A stretch of DNA of 27,788 nucleotides, from contig JAUYEB010000127.1 in NCBI GenBank assembly GCA_030691555.1, positions 1-27,788 of the forward strand, read 5' to 3'. Every line of letters begins with the position of its first letter. Position 1 is the stretch's first letter. Positions 1 to 8,257 of the stretch are shown piece by piece. Made by a program: the position numbers and the translations under genes. Origin of the DNA: Candidatus Bathyarchaeota archaeon (GTDB lineage: Archaea; Thermoproteota; Bathyarchaeia; TCS64). Under the pieces are notes generated by a model, which had not been told where the DNA came from, did no database searches, and saw only the letters and a list, made by a program, of their open reading frames with translations.

Positions 1-965
1 AACCAGATCACCTTCAGCATCTTACACGCCACAGCCACCACAGCCTTCCCGTCGCCCCTCCTCCGCTTAACCCTCTCATAGAAGCCCCTCATCCGCTCAT
101 CATGCCTCACAGCGGATCTAGCAGACTCCACCATCGCCCACCTCAACATCCTCGAGCCCTGCCTCGTGATCCCGCCGGAGTACTCCACGGTCCCCGACTG
201 GTGGAGGCTGGGAGCCAGCCCCGCCCAGGAGACGAGCCTCTTGTAGTCAGGGAACCGGCTGATGTTCCCTATCTCGGACCTGATGAGCAGCGCCGTGTAG
301 ACGTCAACGCCCGTCAGGCTGAGCAGAAGCCGAACATCCTCGTCAGGGGAAGCCCTACAGCGGATCTCCTCGTCAGCCTCCTCCACCAGCCTACTCAGGC
401 TCTCAACCTGCTCAAGGTGGCTGCGAAGAATCAGGTCATCCAGGGCGCCGAGATCCAGGGACCTGAGCCACTCCAGGCTCCGCTTCCCGAAGAGGTCCGA
501 GTACCCGCACCGGAGGCCGTGCTGGTCCACGATGGCGTGGACCCTGTTCTTCACCGTCGTCCTCGCCCGGACCAGGGACGCCCGGTGCCTGACGAGGGCC
601 CGGATCTCCCGGAGCTCCCTCGGAGGAACATAGCACTCAGCCACCAGGTCGCCCCGGAGTAGATGGGCGAGGATCCGGGCATCAACCTTGTCGGTCTTGA
701 TCCGGGCGGATGCTATCGCCTTGGTCTTCAGGGGGTTCGCCAGCACGACGGGTATATGTCTCTCGTCTAGGTGGTTGTAGAGGGTCTCCCAGACGCTTCC
801 GGTGGACTCCATCACGACCCGGTCCTCCGGGGTGAGCCTTGAGGCCAGATCCTCTATTCCTTGGTGGTCGTTGTTGAAGGTGAACTCGTCGATCAAGACG
901 CCTTCCGGGTTCATGACGGCTGCCCTGCACTTCCACTTTCCGATGTCTACGCCTACGTATTTCAT
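1..965 (-). CDS. IS110-family transposase/recombinase, 3' end runs off the window
   Basis: Manual translation from ATG at 965 gives an open frame to the edge (absent from the ORF track because it has no stop): MKYVGVDIGKWKCRAAV...VVMESTG...ANPLKTKAIASARIKTDKVDARILA...SWAGLAPSLHQSG...GSRMLRWAMVESA...KAVVAVACKMLKVIW. DEDD RuvC-like residues and the C-terminal Ser-Gly motif are typical of IS110. Confidence 0.95.
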   Translation of the reverse strand, partial: MKYVGVDIGKWKCRAAVMNPEGVLIDEFTFNNDHQGIEDLASRLTPEDRVVMESTGSVWETLYNHLDERHIPVVLANPLKTKAIASARIKTDKVDARILAHLLRGDLVAECYVPPRELREIRALVRHRASLVRARTTVKNRVHAIVDQHGLRCGYSDLFGKRSLEWLRSLDLGALDDLILRSHLEQVESLSRLVEEADEEIRCRASPDEDVRLLLSLTGVDVYTALLIRSEIGNISRFPDYKRLVSWAGLAPSLHQSGTVEYSGGITRQGSRMLRWAMVESARSAVRHDERMRGFYERVKRRRGDGKAVVAVACKMLKVIW

Positions 966-1132
966 CTTCTTCGCCTCTCGGCTGGCTTCGGGCTGCAATC
1001 ACTCATCCGGTCTCTTTGGACCACTTCCTTAGCAGCTCGGGTTCGCCCAGTCACGTACTCGGTCGCTTGGACCATGTTTAGCGGCGGGCTAGCCAGCCAA
1101 GACGATCTTAGAGAACTTCTTTCATAAGGTCA
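966..1132 (-). ncRNA. IS110 upstream non-coding region, putative bridge/seek RNA locus
   Basis: ~170 bp non-coding end 5' of the transposase with several small hairpins (GCC-GAGA-GGC, GGG-CGAA-CCC, GGTC..GACC, GGCT..AGCC); near-identical copy at 18677-18846. IS110 non-coding ends are known to encode bridge RNA. Transcription and strand are inferred. Confidence 0.6.
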
Positions 1133-1208
1133 CGTACAAAATTTCATTTCTTTTCCCTTTGAACTGGTAAGTTTTTATTGATGGAATCAATTATTAATTT
1201 GACATCTT

Positions 1209-2696
1209 TTGACAAGCGTTTTAGCCACCCGAAAAATGGTCAGAGAGTTTTCTGCTATTAACGCTTCATTCGGATATTCAATTATAATTGAAGATCCATT
1301 GCTACATGTGTTAAAATATGAAGTTATAGAACCAACTATAAGTCCTGAAGAAAAAGGGGTTTTTGATGTTATTCAGAATTATATGGCGGAGACATTAGAC
1401 GTAATCTTATCTGAAGTTGATTCAGATGATGAAGCAAAACAATATCTGAGGCAAAATGTTAAGGATATAATAAATACATTGAGAATTAAGCTTGATGAAA
1501 AGAGACTGGATAAAATACTCTATTACTTCACAAGAGATTATCTTGGTTACGGCGTAATTGATGTAATGATGAAGGATCCCATGATAGAGGACATAAGCTG
1601 TAATGGGGAGAACGTACCAATATATATATGGCATCGAAAATATGAGTCGATACCGTCGAATGTGTCTTTTACCTCCGCGGAACAACTGAATAATTTCATT
1701 ATTCGGTTAGCTTACCGTACCGGAAAGATGATCTCTATATCAAATCCGGTCTTGGACGGCGCTCTCCCAGATGGGAGTAGAATCAACATGACCCTTGGAA
1801 AAGAAATCACCAGACACGGTTCAACTTTTACAATACGGAAATTCAGAGAGGATCCATTAACTATCGTTGATATGATCATGTATAACACAATTTCAAGCGA
1901 TATAGCCGCATTATTTTGGTTTTTTATAGAAAATAAGTTCAACGTCTTCGTCTGTGGCCCAACCGCTTCCGGAAAAACAACCCTGCTCAATACTTATTCG
2001 TCTTTCATTAAGCCAGACTATAAAATAGTGACCATCGAAGATACGCCGGAGTTAAAACTCTACCATCAAAATTGGATAAGATCCATTTCTAGACCAAGTT
2101 TAGGAGCATCGAGTAAAATCGATCTATTCGATTTATTGAAGGCTGCTATGCGTCAGAGGCCTGATTACATCATCGTTGGCGAGGTGAGAGGGGAGGAAGC
2201 ATCCACTCTTTTTCAAGCACTTGCCACAGGCCACGGCGGCTTATCTACTCTTCACGCCGACTCAGTTTTATCTGCTATACACAGACTTGAAACGGCCCCC
2301 ATGAACACCCCCCGATCATTAATCCCGAGCTTAAATATCATAACCATACAACAAAGATTTGAGAGTGAGGGAAAACCAATTAGAAGAACGGTTACCGCCA
2401 CTGAGATCATAGGATTAGATGCGCAGACCAATGAGATCCTCACAAATGAAATGTTTAGATATGATCCGAGTTCAGATACCTATCGTTTTACCGGTAGAAG
2501 TTATCTTCTAGAAAAAATTGCTAATATGCTCGGAAAAACATTGCGAGAAATACGAAGTGAGATCGAAAGAAGACAAAGTGTTCTAAATTGGATGGTGAAG
2601 AATGAAGTAAGAAGTTTCAAGGATGTCACAGAAGTAATTAGGGAATATTACAATAATCCTGATGAAGTTATAAAACAGACTCGTATTGAGAAATAG
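1209..2696 (+). CDS. Type II/IV secretion (VirB11/TadA/ArlI-like) pilus assembly ATPase
   Basis: Walker A GPTASGKTT, Asp box IVTIEDTPE, RQRPDYIIVGEVRG, His box TGHGGLSTLHA. Start may be ATG 1236. Confidence 0.93.
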   Translation: MTSVLATRKMVREFSAINASFGYSIIIEDPLLHVLKYEVIEPTISPEEKGVFDVIQNYMAETLDVILSEVDSDDEAKQYLRQNVKDIINTLRIKLDEKRLDKILYYFTRDYLGYGVIDVMMKDPMIEDISCNGENVPIYIWHRKYESIPSNVSFTSAEQLNNFIIRLAYRTGKMISISNPVLDGALPDGSRINMTLGKEITRHGSTFTIRKFREDPLTIVDMIMYNTISSDIAALFWFFIENKFNVFVCGPTASGKTTLLNTYSSFIKPDYKIVTIEDTPELKLYHQNWIRSISRPSLGASSKIDLFDLLKAAMRQRPDYIIVGEVRGEEASTLFQALATGHGGLSTLHADSVLSAIHRLETAPMNTPRSLIPSLNIITIQQRFESEGKPIRRTVTATEIIGLDAQTNEILTNEMFRYDPSSDTYRFTGRSYLLEKIANMLGKTLREIRSEIERRQSVLNWMVKNEVRSFKDVTEVIREYYNNPDEVIKQTRIEK

Positions 2697-2707
2697 AGGA
2701 ATTATGA

Positions 2708-3610
2708 ATGTCGGACCAAGGTGCTTTTTTCAAGATCGCCTATCGCTTTTTACAAGATAAGCCACTCAGGTTCTATCCAGGACAATCGAAGTTGAGGGAT
2801 GACCTCCTCAAGGGCGGGATATCTGTTGGTTACACGATTTATATCAGTGCGATGTTTTTTTGGACTTTAGCTATAACTGGTGCTTCATTAATTTTATCAA
2901 CTTTAATAATCACTTATATATTACCTCTTCTAAATATAACCCTTTCTAACTTTATGTTTATTATGGTCATTATAATTGTTACTTTATTATCTGGAGTTAT
3001 TACACTTATTACTTTTATTTATTATCCTAAATATAAAGCCAGTCAACGGAGGATAGAGATTGATAAGAATCTTGTTTATACAGCTAATTATATGTTCATT
3101 TTACACAGCGCGGGAGCTACGCCAGAACAAACCATACTTTCGCTCGCAAAAATTACAGATTTTTTTGGTGTAAAAAGCAGCACAAGAGCCATAATTCGGG
3201 ACGTGGAGTTCATGGGATTTGATGTTCTTTCTGCTTTAAATCAGGAGAGTAAAAGGGTCCCCTCTAGCAAATACGCAGATCTGTTACAGGGGTATATCGC
3301 CACCTTGGTCACTGGTGGGAGTCTGACTGGATATCTCTCGGCGCAGTCTAGTCAATTACTGGAGTCGAGGAAAAGGTTTTTGACGCAAATGATTAGGCAA
3401 CTTGATATAATTGGAGAAGTTTTTATTGCGGCTCTCGTGGCTCTACCAGTTATCTTAATTTCAATGCTAGTGATAATGGGTGGTTTTGGAGGCGATATCG
3501 GTGGAGGCATAAGCCCCTTCCAAGCCATGATTATGATTGTTTATGTCCTCATACCCTTCACGGGGATTTTTATCCTTCTCTTAGTGGATGGATTAATGTC
3601 TGGTTGGTAA
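2708..3610 (+). CDS. Type II secretion system F (TadB/TadC/ArlJ-like) membrane platform protein
   Basis: Directly follows the ATPase; several hydrophobic TM segments; GspF-like cytoplasmic segment (IIRDVEFMGFDVLSAL...PSSKYADLLQGYIATLVTGG). Confidence 0.88.
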   Translation: MSDQGAFFKIAYRFLQDKPLRFYPGQSKLRDDLLKGGISVGYTIYISAMFFWTLAITGASLILSTLIITYILPLLNITLSNFMFIMVIIIVTLLSGVITLITFIYYPKYKASQRRIEIDKNLVYTANYMFILHSAGATPEQTILSLAKITDFFGVKSSTRAIIRDVEFMGFDVLSALNQESKRVPSSKYADLLQGYIATLVTGGSLTGYLSAQSSQLLESRKRFLTQMIRQLDIIGEVFIAALVALPVILISMLVIMGGFGGDIGGGISPFQAMIMIVYVLIPFTGIFILLLVDGLMSGW

Positions 3611-3612
3611 AA

Positions 3613-4779
3613 ATGTTCTTCAAGAAAAAAATGGAAAGGAAAGAGATAGCTCGGTTAATCATAATTGGCATACCAGCCACGGTTGGAATATTGATAGCTC
3701 TCTTTGGTTATTATATTTTTTTTCCAAAATTACTCTTTCATATTCTATTAGTTGTGGGAGTTATTGTCGCATTATCTGTTCCCGCGCTCCTTATTCATTT
3801 TGATGAAGCAAGGAAGAAGAAAATCGATTTTATGTTACCTCAGTTTTTAAGAGACGTTTACGAGGGCCAAGAATCCGGCTTGACTTTTCTTAAGGCTCTT
3901 CAAGCATCGGCAGCTCGAGATTACGGGCCTTTAACAAAGGAGTTAAGGCAGATGGTGGTTCAACTCAGCTGGGGTGTGGAGTTTGAGGAGGCCTTCACTT
4001 CTTTTGCGAACAGGGTGGATACTGAGATCACTAAAAAAACCGTTGCATTACTGTTAGAGACCACAAGATTAGGTGGAGATATTAAGGCTTCATTATCTTC
4101 AGTGGCGTCATTTGTCACGGAAATGAATAATTTACGTGAAGAAAGGGAGTCTGAACTCAAGCCATATATGACAATTATCTACATTAGCTCTATCATTTTC
4201 ATGATTATTATGATTATCATTTATCAGAGTTTCTTTACTTCGATGGCTTCAACAGCTGCGGGTGGTTTCTTGAAGTTGCCCCTATCCATCGAGGACTTTA
4301 AAGCGGCTCTTTTTGATCTTGTGATTATAGTATCATTTTTTGGGGGAATCACCTCGGGAAAATTGAGTCAGGGAAAAATTCTTTCAGGGTTGAAACACTC
4401 CATCTCGCTGATAGTAATCGTCACTGTGTTCTTCGGCGTTCTCCTTTTGGATCCAATACCTCCTACAATTAGCCAAGTAGATATCACTCCAAAAACACCT
4501 ATCTCGACATATCATGTACTGGTTAGTGCCGTGGTTGATGACCCCTACCCGGCCTCAGGGGTAAAAAGCGCTTTAGTGGTATGGACTATGAATAATTGGC
4601 TCAGTAATAGAACTGTCGAGATGAACTATAACCTTCCAAAGGAACGCTGGGAGGCGCAGATCCCCCCCCTACCCGTAGACGCCAAGGTATTTTTCTTTAT
4701 TAAGGCCTATGACAATTCCGAAAATCTAGCTATAAACGATAACAACAAATCTTACTATAGCTTCACAGTGAGTAAGTGA
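3613..4779 (+). CDS. Type II secretion system F (TadC-like) membrane protein with extra C-terminal beta-rich domain
   Basis: GspF-like core (LPQFLRDVYEGQESGL...DYGPLTKEL...LSWGVEFEEAF...LGGDIKASL) followed after the last TM helix by ~105 aa DPIPPTISQV...YYSFTVSK. ATG at 3613 is preferred over TTG 3604. Confidence 0.85.
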   Translation: MFFKKKMERKEIARLIIIGIPATVGILIALFGYYIFFPKLLFHILLVVGVIVALSVPALLIHFDEARKKKIDFMLPQFLRDVYEGQESGLTFLKALQASAARDYGPLTKELRQMVVQLSWGVEFEEAFTSFANRVDTEITKKTVALLLETTRLGGDIKASLSSVASFVTEMNNLREERESELKPYMTIIYISSIIFMIIMIIIYQSFFTSMASTAAGGFLKLPLSIEDFKAALFDLVIIVSFFGGITSGKLSQGKILSGLKHSISLIVIVTVFFGVLLLDPIPPTISQVDITPKTPISTYHVLVSAVVDDPYPASGVKSALVVWTMNNWLSNRTVEMNYNLPKERWEAQIPPLPVDAKVFFFIKAYDNSENLAINDNNKSYYSFTVSK

Positions 4780-4952
4780 ACTACCCACCTCTGAAGAGGT
4801 GGGCTTCCTGATTCATCGACCAGACTCGATCCCCGCTCACCCCAAGCGCAGGCTCCCAGCGGCGGAAACCTTTTCCATGCTCCACGTTGAGAAGGCAGGT
4901 TACGGAGGTCTTGATCTCCAGAGGCTTGTATTCGGGCTATTCCATCCCTACG
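4756..4952 (-). ncRNA. Putative stand-alone TnpB reRNA (omega RNA) plus flanking guide
   Basis: Motif TAGGGATGGAATAGCCCGAATACAAGCCTCTGGAGAT (RC of 4914-4950) resembles the tnpB 3' ends at ~5463-5499 and ~14232-14268. It ends in the right-end hairpin and TCAC. The guide would be the flank TTACTCACTGTGAAGCTATA. Ends of the RNA are inferred. Confidence 0.65.
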
Positions 4953-5033
4953 CAGGAGACGTAGAGGAGGCGGTTATATAAATGTTTCAATTCATCCCAC
5001 GACTAAAGTCATGGGCTTTCTTGAAACCACCTC
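4776..5033 (-). mobile_element. Non-autonomous 258-bp IS200/IS605 (IS1341-type) derivative, PATE/MITE-like, no ORF
   Basis: Right end shares 36 identical nt with the element at 14147 (GTGAACTACCCACCTCTGAAGAGGTGGGCTTCCTGA). Left-end hairpin CCCACGAC-TAAA-GTCATGGG (4996-5015) is nearly identical to 15472-15491. TAM TTAC (plus GTAA 5034-5037). In-silico excision restores ...AGT AAG TAA for the upstream gene. Confidence 0.9.
4975..4989 (-). promoter_or_regulatory. Archaeal BRE/TATA promoter for the putative solo reRNA
   Basis: Minus strand GAAACAT-TTATATA; ~23-25 nt downstream coincides with the start of the conserved scaffold motif. Confidence 0.55.
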
Positions 5034-5077
5034 GTAAGCTTTAACCGCCTCCTAGGCTCCCTTGGCAGGGCTTTACG

Positions 5078-5583
5078 GTGAAGGCGAGGATCAGGCTCGC
5101 GGGGGTGGAGGAAAGGATGCCGAACCGTAGGCGGGGCTTCGCGTACAAGACAGCAAGAGGCATAGTCAACAGGTATGAGGAGATCTATGTTGAGGACCTG
5201 AGGATCGGCAACATGGTGAGGAATCGTAAGCTCTCGAAGAGCGTAGGGGACGCCAGTTGGGGGATGCTGAGGAGTGCTTTGACCTACATGGCCGAACGGT
5301 CAGAGGGAAGGATAGCGCTCGTCGACCCCAGGAACACGAGTCAGCTGTGCTCAGGATGCGAAGCCATTGTAGAGAGGCCCTTGTCCGAGAGGACGCGTCG
5401 ATGCCTGGTCTGCGGGCTTGTTCTTGACAGGGATGCTAATGCTTCAAGGAGCGTCTTGAGGATAGGGCTGGGACAGCCCGAATCAACGCCTGAGGGAGAT
5501 GTAGCTTCTACACCGCCCCTCGGGGCTGTGCAAGCCGTTTCGATGAATTAGGAAGCCGCCCAACTTGCCGGGGGGTGGTTCAC
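5078..5583 (+). pseudogene. tnpB: 5'-truncated tnpB with IS605 right end
   Basis: Retains YVEDL (RuvC II), CSGC/CLVC zinc finger and LDRDANA (RuvC III) but lacks the N-terminus and RuvC I GxDxG. Right end GAAG (5552-5555)...TCAC (5580-5583). Confidence 0.88.
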
Positions 5584-6650
5584 GTCCAGTAATTTAGAGC
5601 TTTTTTCAGATTAGAAAAGAAAGACCTCTTAGATGGTTTGGTTTTATCACCGTCTCTATCTGAAGCCAATATTTGACTGAAACTTTCGAGGGCATCCCCG
5701 GGCGTCTCCCCCTGAACCAGTTTTATTTGAAGCGAATCTGCTAAATTCTGATTTTCAGGCTCTGTCTTGGGGGCAATGATCAAGTAGGATTTTTCGCCCA
5801 CATCCCTATATTTCCCGCTCATCTCCATCACCATATTCCTAGCAATTTTTGTTTCTCCAAAGTTGACGTCTATCGTAATTCTTTTTCCTTCTTTTGTGGT
5901 GGCTATTAGATCGAAATCGTAGTCTATTCCTGAGCTTCCCTTAAGGACGAGTGGGGTCGTTATTGAATAGCCGTGCCTCTCAACGATCTCTCGAAGCTGC
6001 GAGGCGAAGAATACGCCTCTCTTAATATCGGCTTTAGCGAATTCGCTGAGGGAGTAGATATAGGATTCCTGGATCTGGGCATCTTCGAATGTGAAAGTCG
6101 CTCCACATTTTCTGCATTTATGAAGGACCCACAGGGACTCTAACCTCCTCCCACAGGATCCGCAGGTGTTCCATGATCCTGCGTTTCTGTAACTTCCTGG
6201 AGTCAGATTTGCTTTACATCTTGGGCAGACGAGGTCGTTCTCTCTTTTAAAATGAGATAAGGTATCTATATGTCCGCAGGCCAGGTGCTCTATCAACGAA
6301 TCTCTTTCTATCTCTTTACTGTTATCATATGGGCAGGAGTAATTTATTGTTATGTTTGGGCTTCTACACTTGGGGCAAAGTATCCCCTCGTCGAATTTTT
6401 CTTTATTAAAAATACCTAGATCGGTCATTTTATTAAGCAGCGATTTAGTTTCATCAACTCCATGCCCAGTCAGTTTTTCCACTTGAGGGTACCTGTAACC
6501 GTATTCTAGATCGAAGCTTGGCTCTATTTTGGCATCCTTTTCGAAGAGTTCTCTTAAAAGCCGCTCAACCCCCGGCTCCTTATAGAGCGCCGTTCTCCTC
6601 TCCATGATATTTAGGTCGGGAGCCCCAGGGTTTTTATCTGATATTGGCAT
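5580..6650 (-). CDS. TackOD1-like multi-zinc-ribbon protein with C-terminal PD-(D/E)xK-like domain
   Basis: Motif series CPKC, CPYD, EHLACGH, CPRC, CGSC, CRKC preceded by a YGYRYP/wHTH-like segment resembles Thaumarchaeal output domain 1. C-terminal GSSGIDYDFDL...ITIDV resembles a restriction-endonuclease fold. Family call from memory of the pattern. Confidence 0.65.
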   Translation of the reverse strand: MPISDKNPGAPDLNIMERRTALYKEPGVERLLRELFEKDAKIEPSFDLEYGYRYPQVEKLTGHGVDETKSLLNKMTDLGIFNKEKFDEGILCPKCRSPNITINYSCPYDNSKEIERDSLIEHLACGHIDTLSHFKRENDLVCPRCKANLTPGSYRNAGSWNTCGSCGRRLESLWVLHKCRKCGATFTFEDAQIQESYIYSLSEFAKADIKRGVFFASQLREIVERHGYSITTPLVLKGSSGIDYDFDLIATTKEGKRITIDVNFGETKIARNMVMEMSGKYRDVGEKSYLIIAPKTEPENQNLADSLQIKLVQGETPGDALESFSQILASDRDGDKTKPSKRSFFSNLKKALNYWT

Positions 6651-6684
6651 GCCTCCTCGCAGGGTAAGATATATTCCGCTCTAC

Positions 6685-7569
6685 TTATCTTATTCTCATC
6701 GCGGTCTCTATCACTATCCCATCCTCCGAGACGGTGTAAGACACCTTCTTGGCGGTCCGCATGCCGCGAAGCTTCTGCACGATGAGATCCCCACCATACT
6801 CGACGGGGCCCTCCCTGAGCCTGAAGACGAAGACTCCGTCGACCACGTTCTTTAGGGCGTTCTCAACCCTCTCGTCGTGGATCCCGCTGGGGATCACGGC
6901 GACGTTGACGCCCCCATACACCTGGACGGCGGCCCTCCAGTACAGCATCAGGCCGATCACCTCCTTGAGGTCATAGGTCTGAAGAACATGGTTCAGGTCG
7001 AGGATCGTCCACCGGTTCTCCTTCAGCTTGCTCAGCAGGTCGGTCTTCAACGCGTTCAGGGATCCGCTGAGGTTCACCCGCAGCTGGCTGAAGCTCTCGG
7101 GCGCCAGCTCGGCGAGCTTCTGGAGGTCCGGGGTGAGGACGTTGATGAAGGCGCAGCTGCCGTTCTGGGTGAAGCGTCTGAGGCTCCATCCGAACGACTG
7201 CATCTCCTGCTCGACGTTGAAGCTGGAGGTCTCCGTGGCGTAGTAGGCGGCCTTTCCTCCGTCGGTCAGGTTGTTGTGGAGGAGCTGGTTTATGAAGGTC
7301 GTGTAGCCGGACCCGATGGAGCCGACGATCAGGATCAGGCTGTTGTTGGGGATCCCTCCGCCCAGGAGGTCGTCGAGCCCCGCTATGTGGGTGGGGACTA
7401 TTTTTGGTTGGGGCCCCTTCTCCGGAGCTGTTTCTGGGGCTTTCAGTTCCTGAGGCTGAGCTTCTTCCAGTAACTTGGGGAGCTCGGGCTTTCTATCCTC
7501 TAAGACGTAGCGGTTGAAGGTCGCCTCGATCGCGTCCTTGGGCTCCTCCCGTCTCCGTCTATCAGACAT
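6685..7569 (-). CDS. KaiC/RAD55-like RecA-fold protein with degenerate Walker motifs
   Basis: THIAGLDDLLGGGIP start and C-terminal IVQKLRG are typical; the P-loop reads GSIGSGYTT (Lys to Tyr) and the Walker B region reads ILDLN. Confidence 0.85.
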   Translation of the reverse strand: MSDRRRREEPKDAIEATFNRYVLEDRKPELPKLLEEAQPQELKAPETAPEKGPQPKIVPTHIAGLDDLLGGGIPNNSLILIVGSIGSGYTTFINQLLHNNLTDGGKAAYYATETSSFNVEQEMQSFGWSLRRFTQNGSCAFINVLTPDLQKLAELAPESFSQLRVNLSGSLNALKTDLLSKLKENRWTILDLNHVLQTYDLKEVIGLMLYWRAAVQVYGGVNVAVIPSGIHDERVENALKNVVDGVFVFRLREGPVEYGGDLIVQKLRGMRTAKKVSYTVSEDGIVIETAMRIR

Positions 7570-7587
7570 TCACCCGCCTCCATATTG

Positions 7588-7599
7588 AAAATAAAAAAA
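7588..7599 (-). terminator. Possible oligo-T terminator after the pilin gene
   Basis: Minus-strand TTTTTTTATTTT ~25 nt after the pilin stop. Confidence 0.35.
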
Positions 7600-7622
7600 G
7601 GGTAGGATACTACTCTCAATCA

Positions 7623-8066
7623 TCACACATTCGGTGTATAGTAGGTTCCCTCGACCGAGAAGCCGATGTCAGTGACCACCTTGATCTGATACGCTGACGA
7701 TTGGTCTAATGCTGGGGTGCTCATATCTAAAGTGAATGCCTTAAGTTCACCTGCAGAGTAAGCAATAGGAAGAGGGCCTGTAGCATCGAACTTCTGGATG
7801 AGAGTATCACTCTTGTATACGTAAACCGTCTTGATTACTGCACCGACGGTTCCTGTGTTTCTAATAGTTATTTCGACATCAGTCCTTGTCGCTAAGAACT
7901 GAACCTGTTCTATCCGTATCGCGGTCTGTGACTGGGTGGCCTGGTTCTTCACCATGGAGTTCACCCAAGAGTACATGACGACTGAGGCCGCTACAGCTAT
8001 AGCGATCATCAGCAGGGTGGCTATCACTGGGCTTACGGCTTTCCGATTTCTCATTCGTTTATCCAT
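7623..8066 (-). CDS. Archaeal type IV pilin (class III signal peptide)
   Basis: MDKRMRNRKA|VSPVIATLLMIAIAVAASVVMY: basic leader, KA cleavage site, hydrophobic helix, beta-rich C-terminal domain. Start ATG 8066 or 8054. Confidence 0.92.
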   Translation of the reverse strand: MDKRMRNRKAVSPVIATLLMIAIAVAASVVMYSWVNSMVKNQATQSQTAIRIEQVQFLATRTDVEITIRNTGTVGAVIKTVYVYKSDTLIQKFDATGPLPIAYSAGELKAFTLDMSTPALDQSSAYQIKVVTDIGFSVEGTYYTPNV

Positions 8067-8257
8067 TTTTTTTCTTCCCGATATATAGGGGAACATAGCC
8101 CTCACTTCAATCTATCTAGGCATCACTTGACCCCCAATTGTGGGACAGTACGGCATACAAGTGGAGGTCAAGAGATATCGACGTTTATTTTGCAATGGAT
8201 ATGTCAAATGAGCGAGAAGAATGATAAACATTTAATAAGTATATGAAACTCGTTCAC

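Noticed and set aside
102-1127. Track ORFs such as 102-662, 436-636, 682-1002, 802-1032 and 861-1127
   Set aside because: Shadow frames of the minus-strand IS110 transposase and its non-coding end.
4799-4981. 60-aa ORF inside the mini IS605 element
   Set aside because: Antisense to the reRNA-like scaffold, with no protein motif.
1209-8066. Archaellum operon
   Set aside because: The filament protein is a short pilin, there are two separate GspF-like genes rather than one arlJ, and no arlF/G or che genes are seen.
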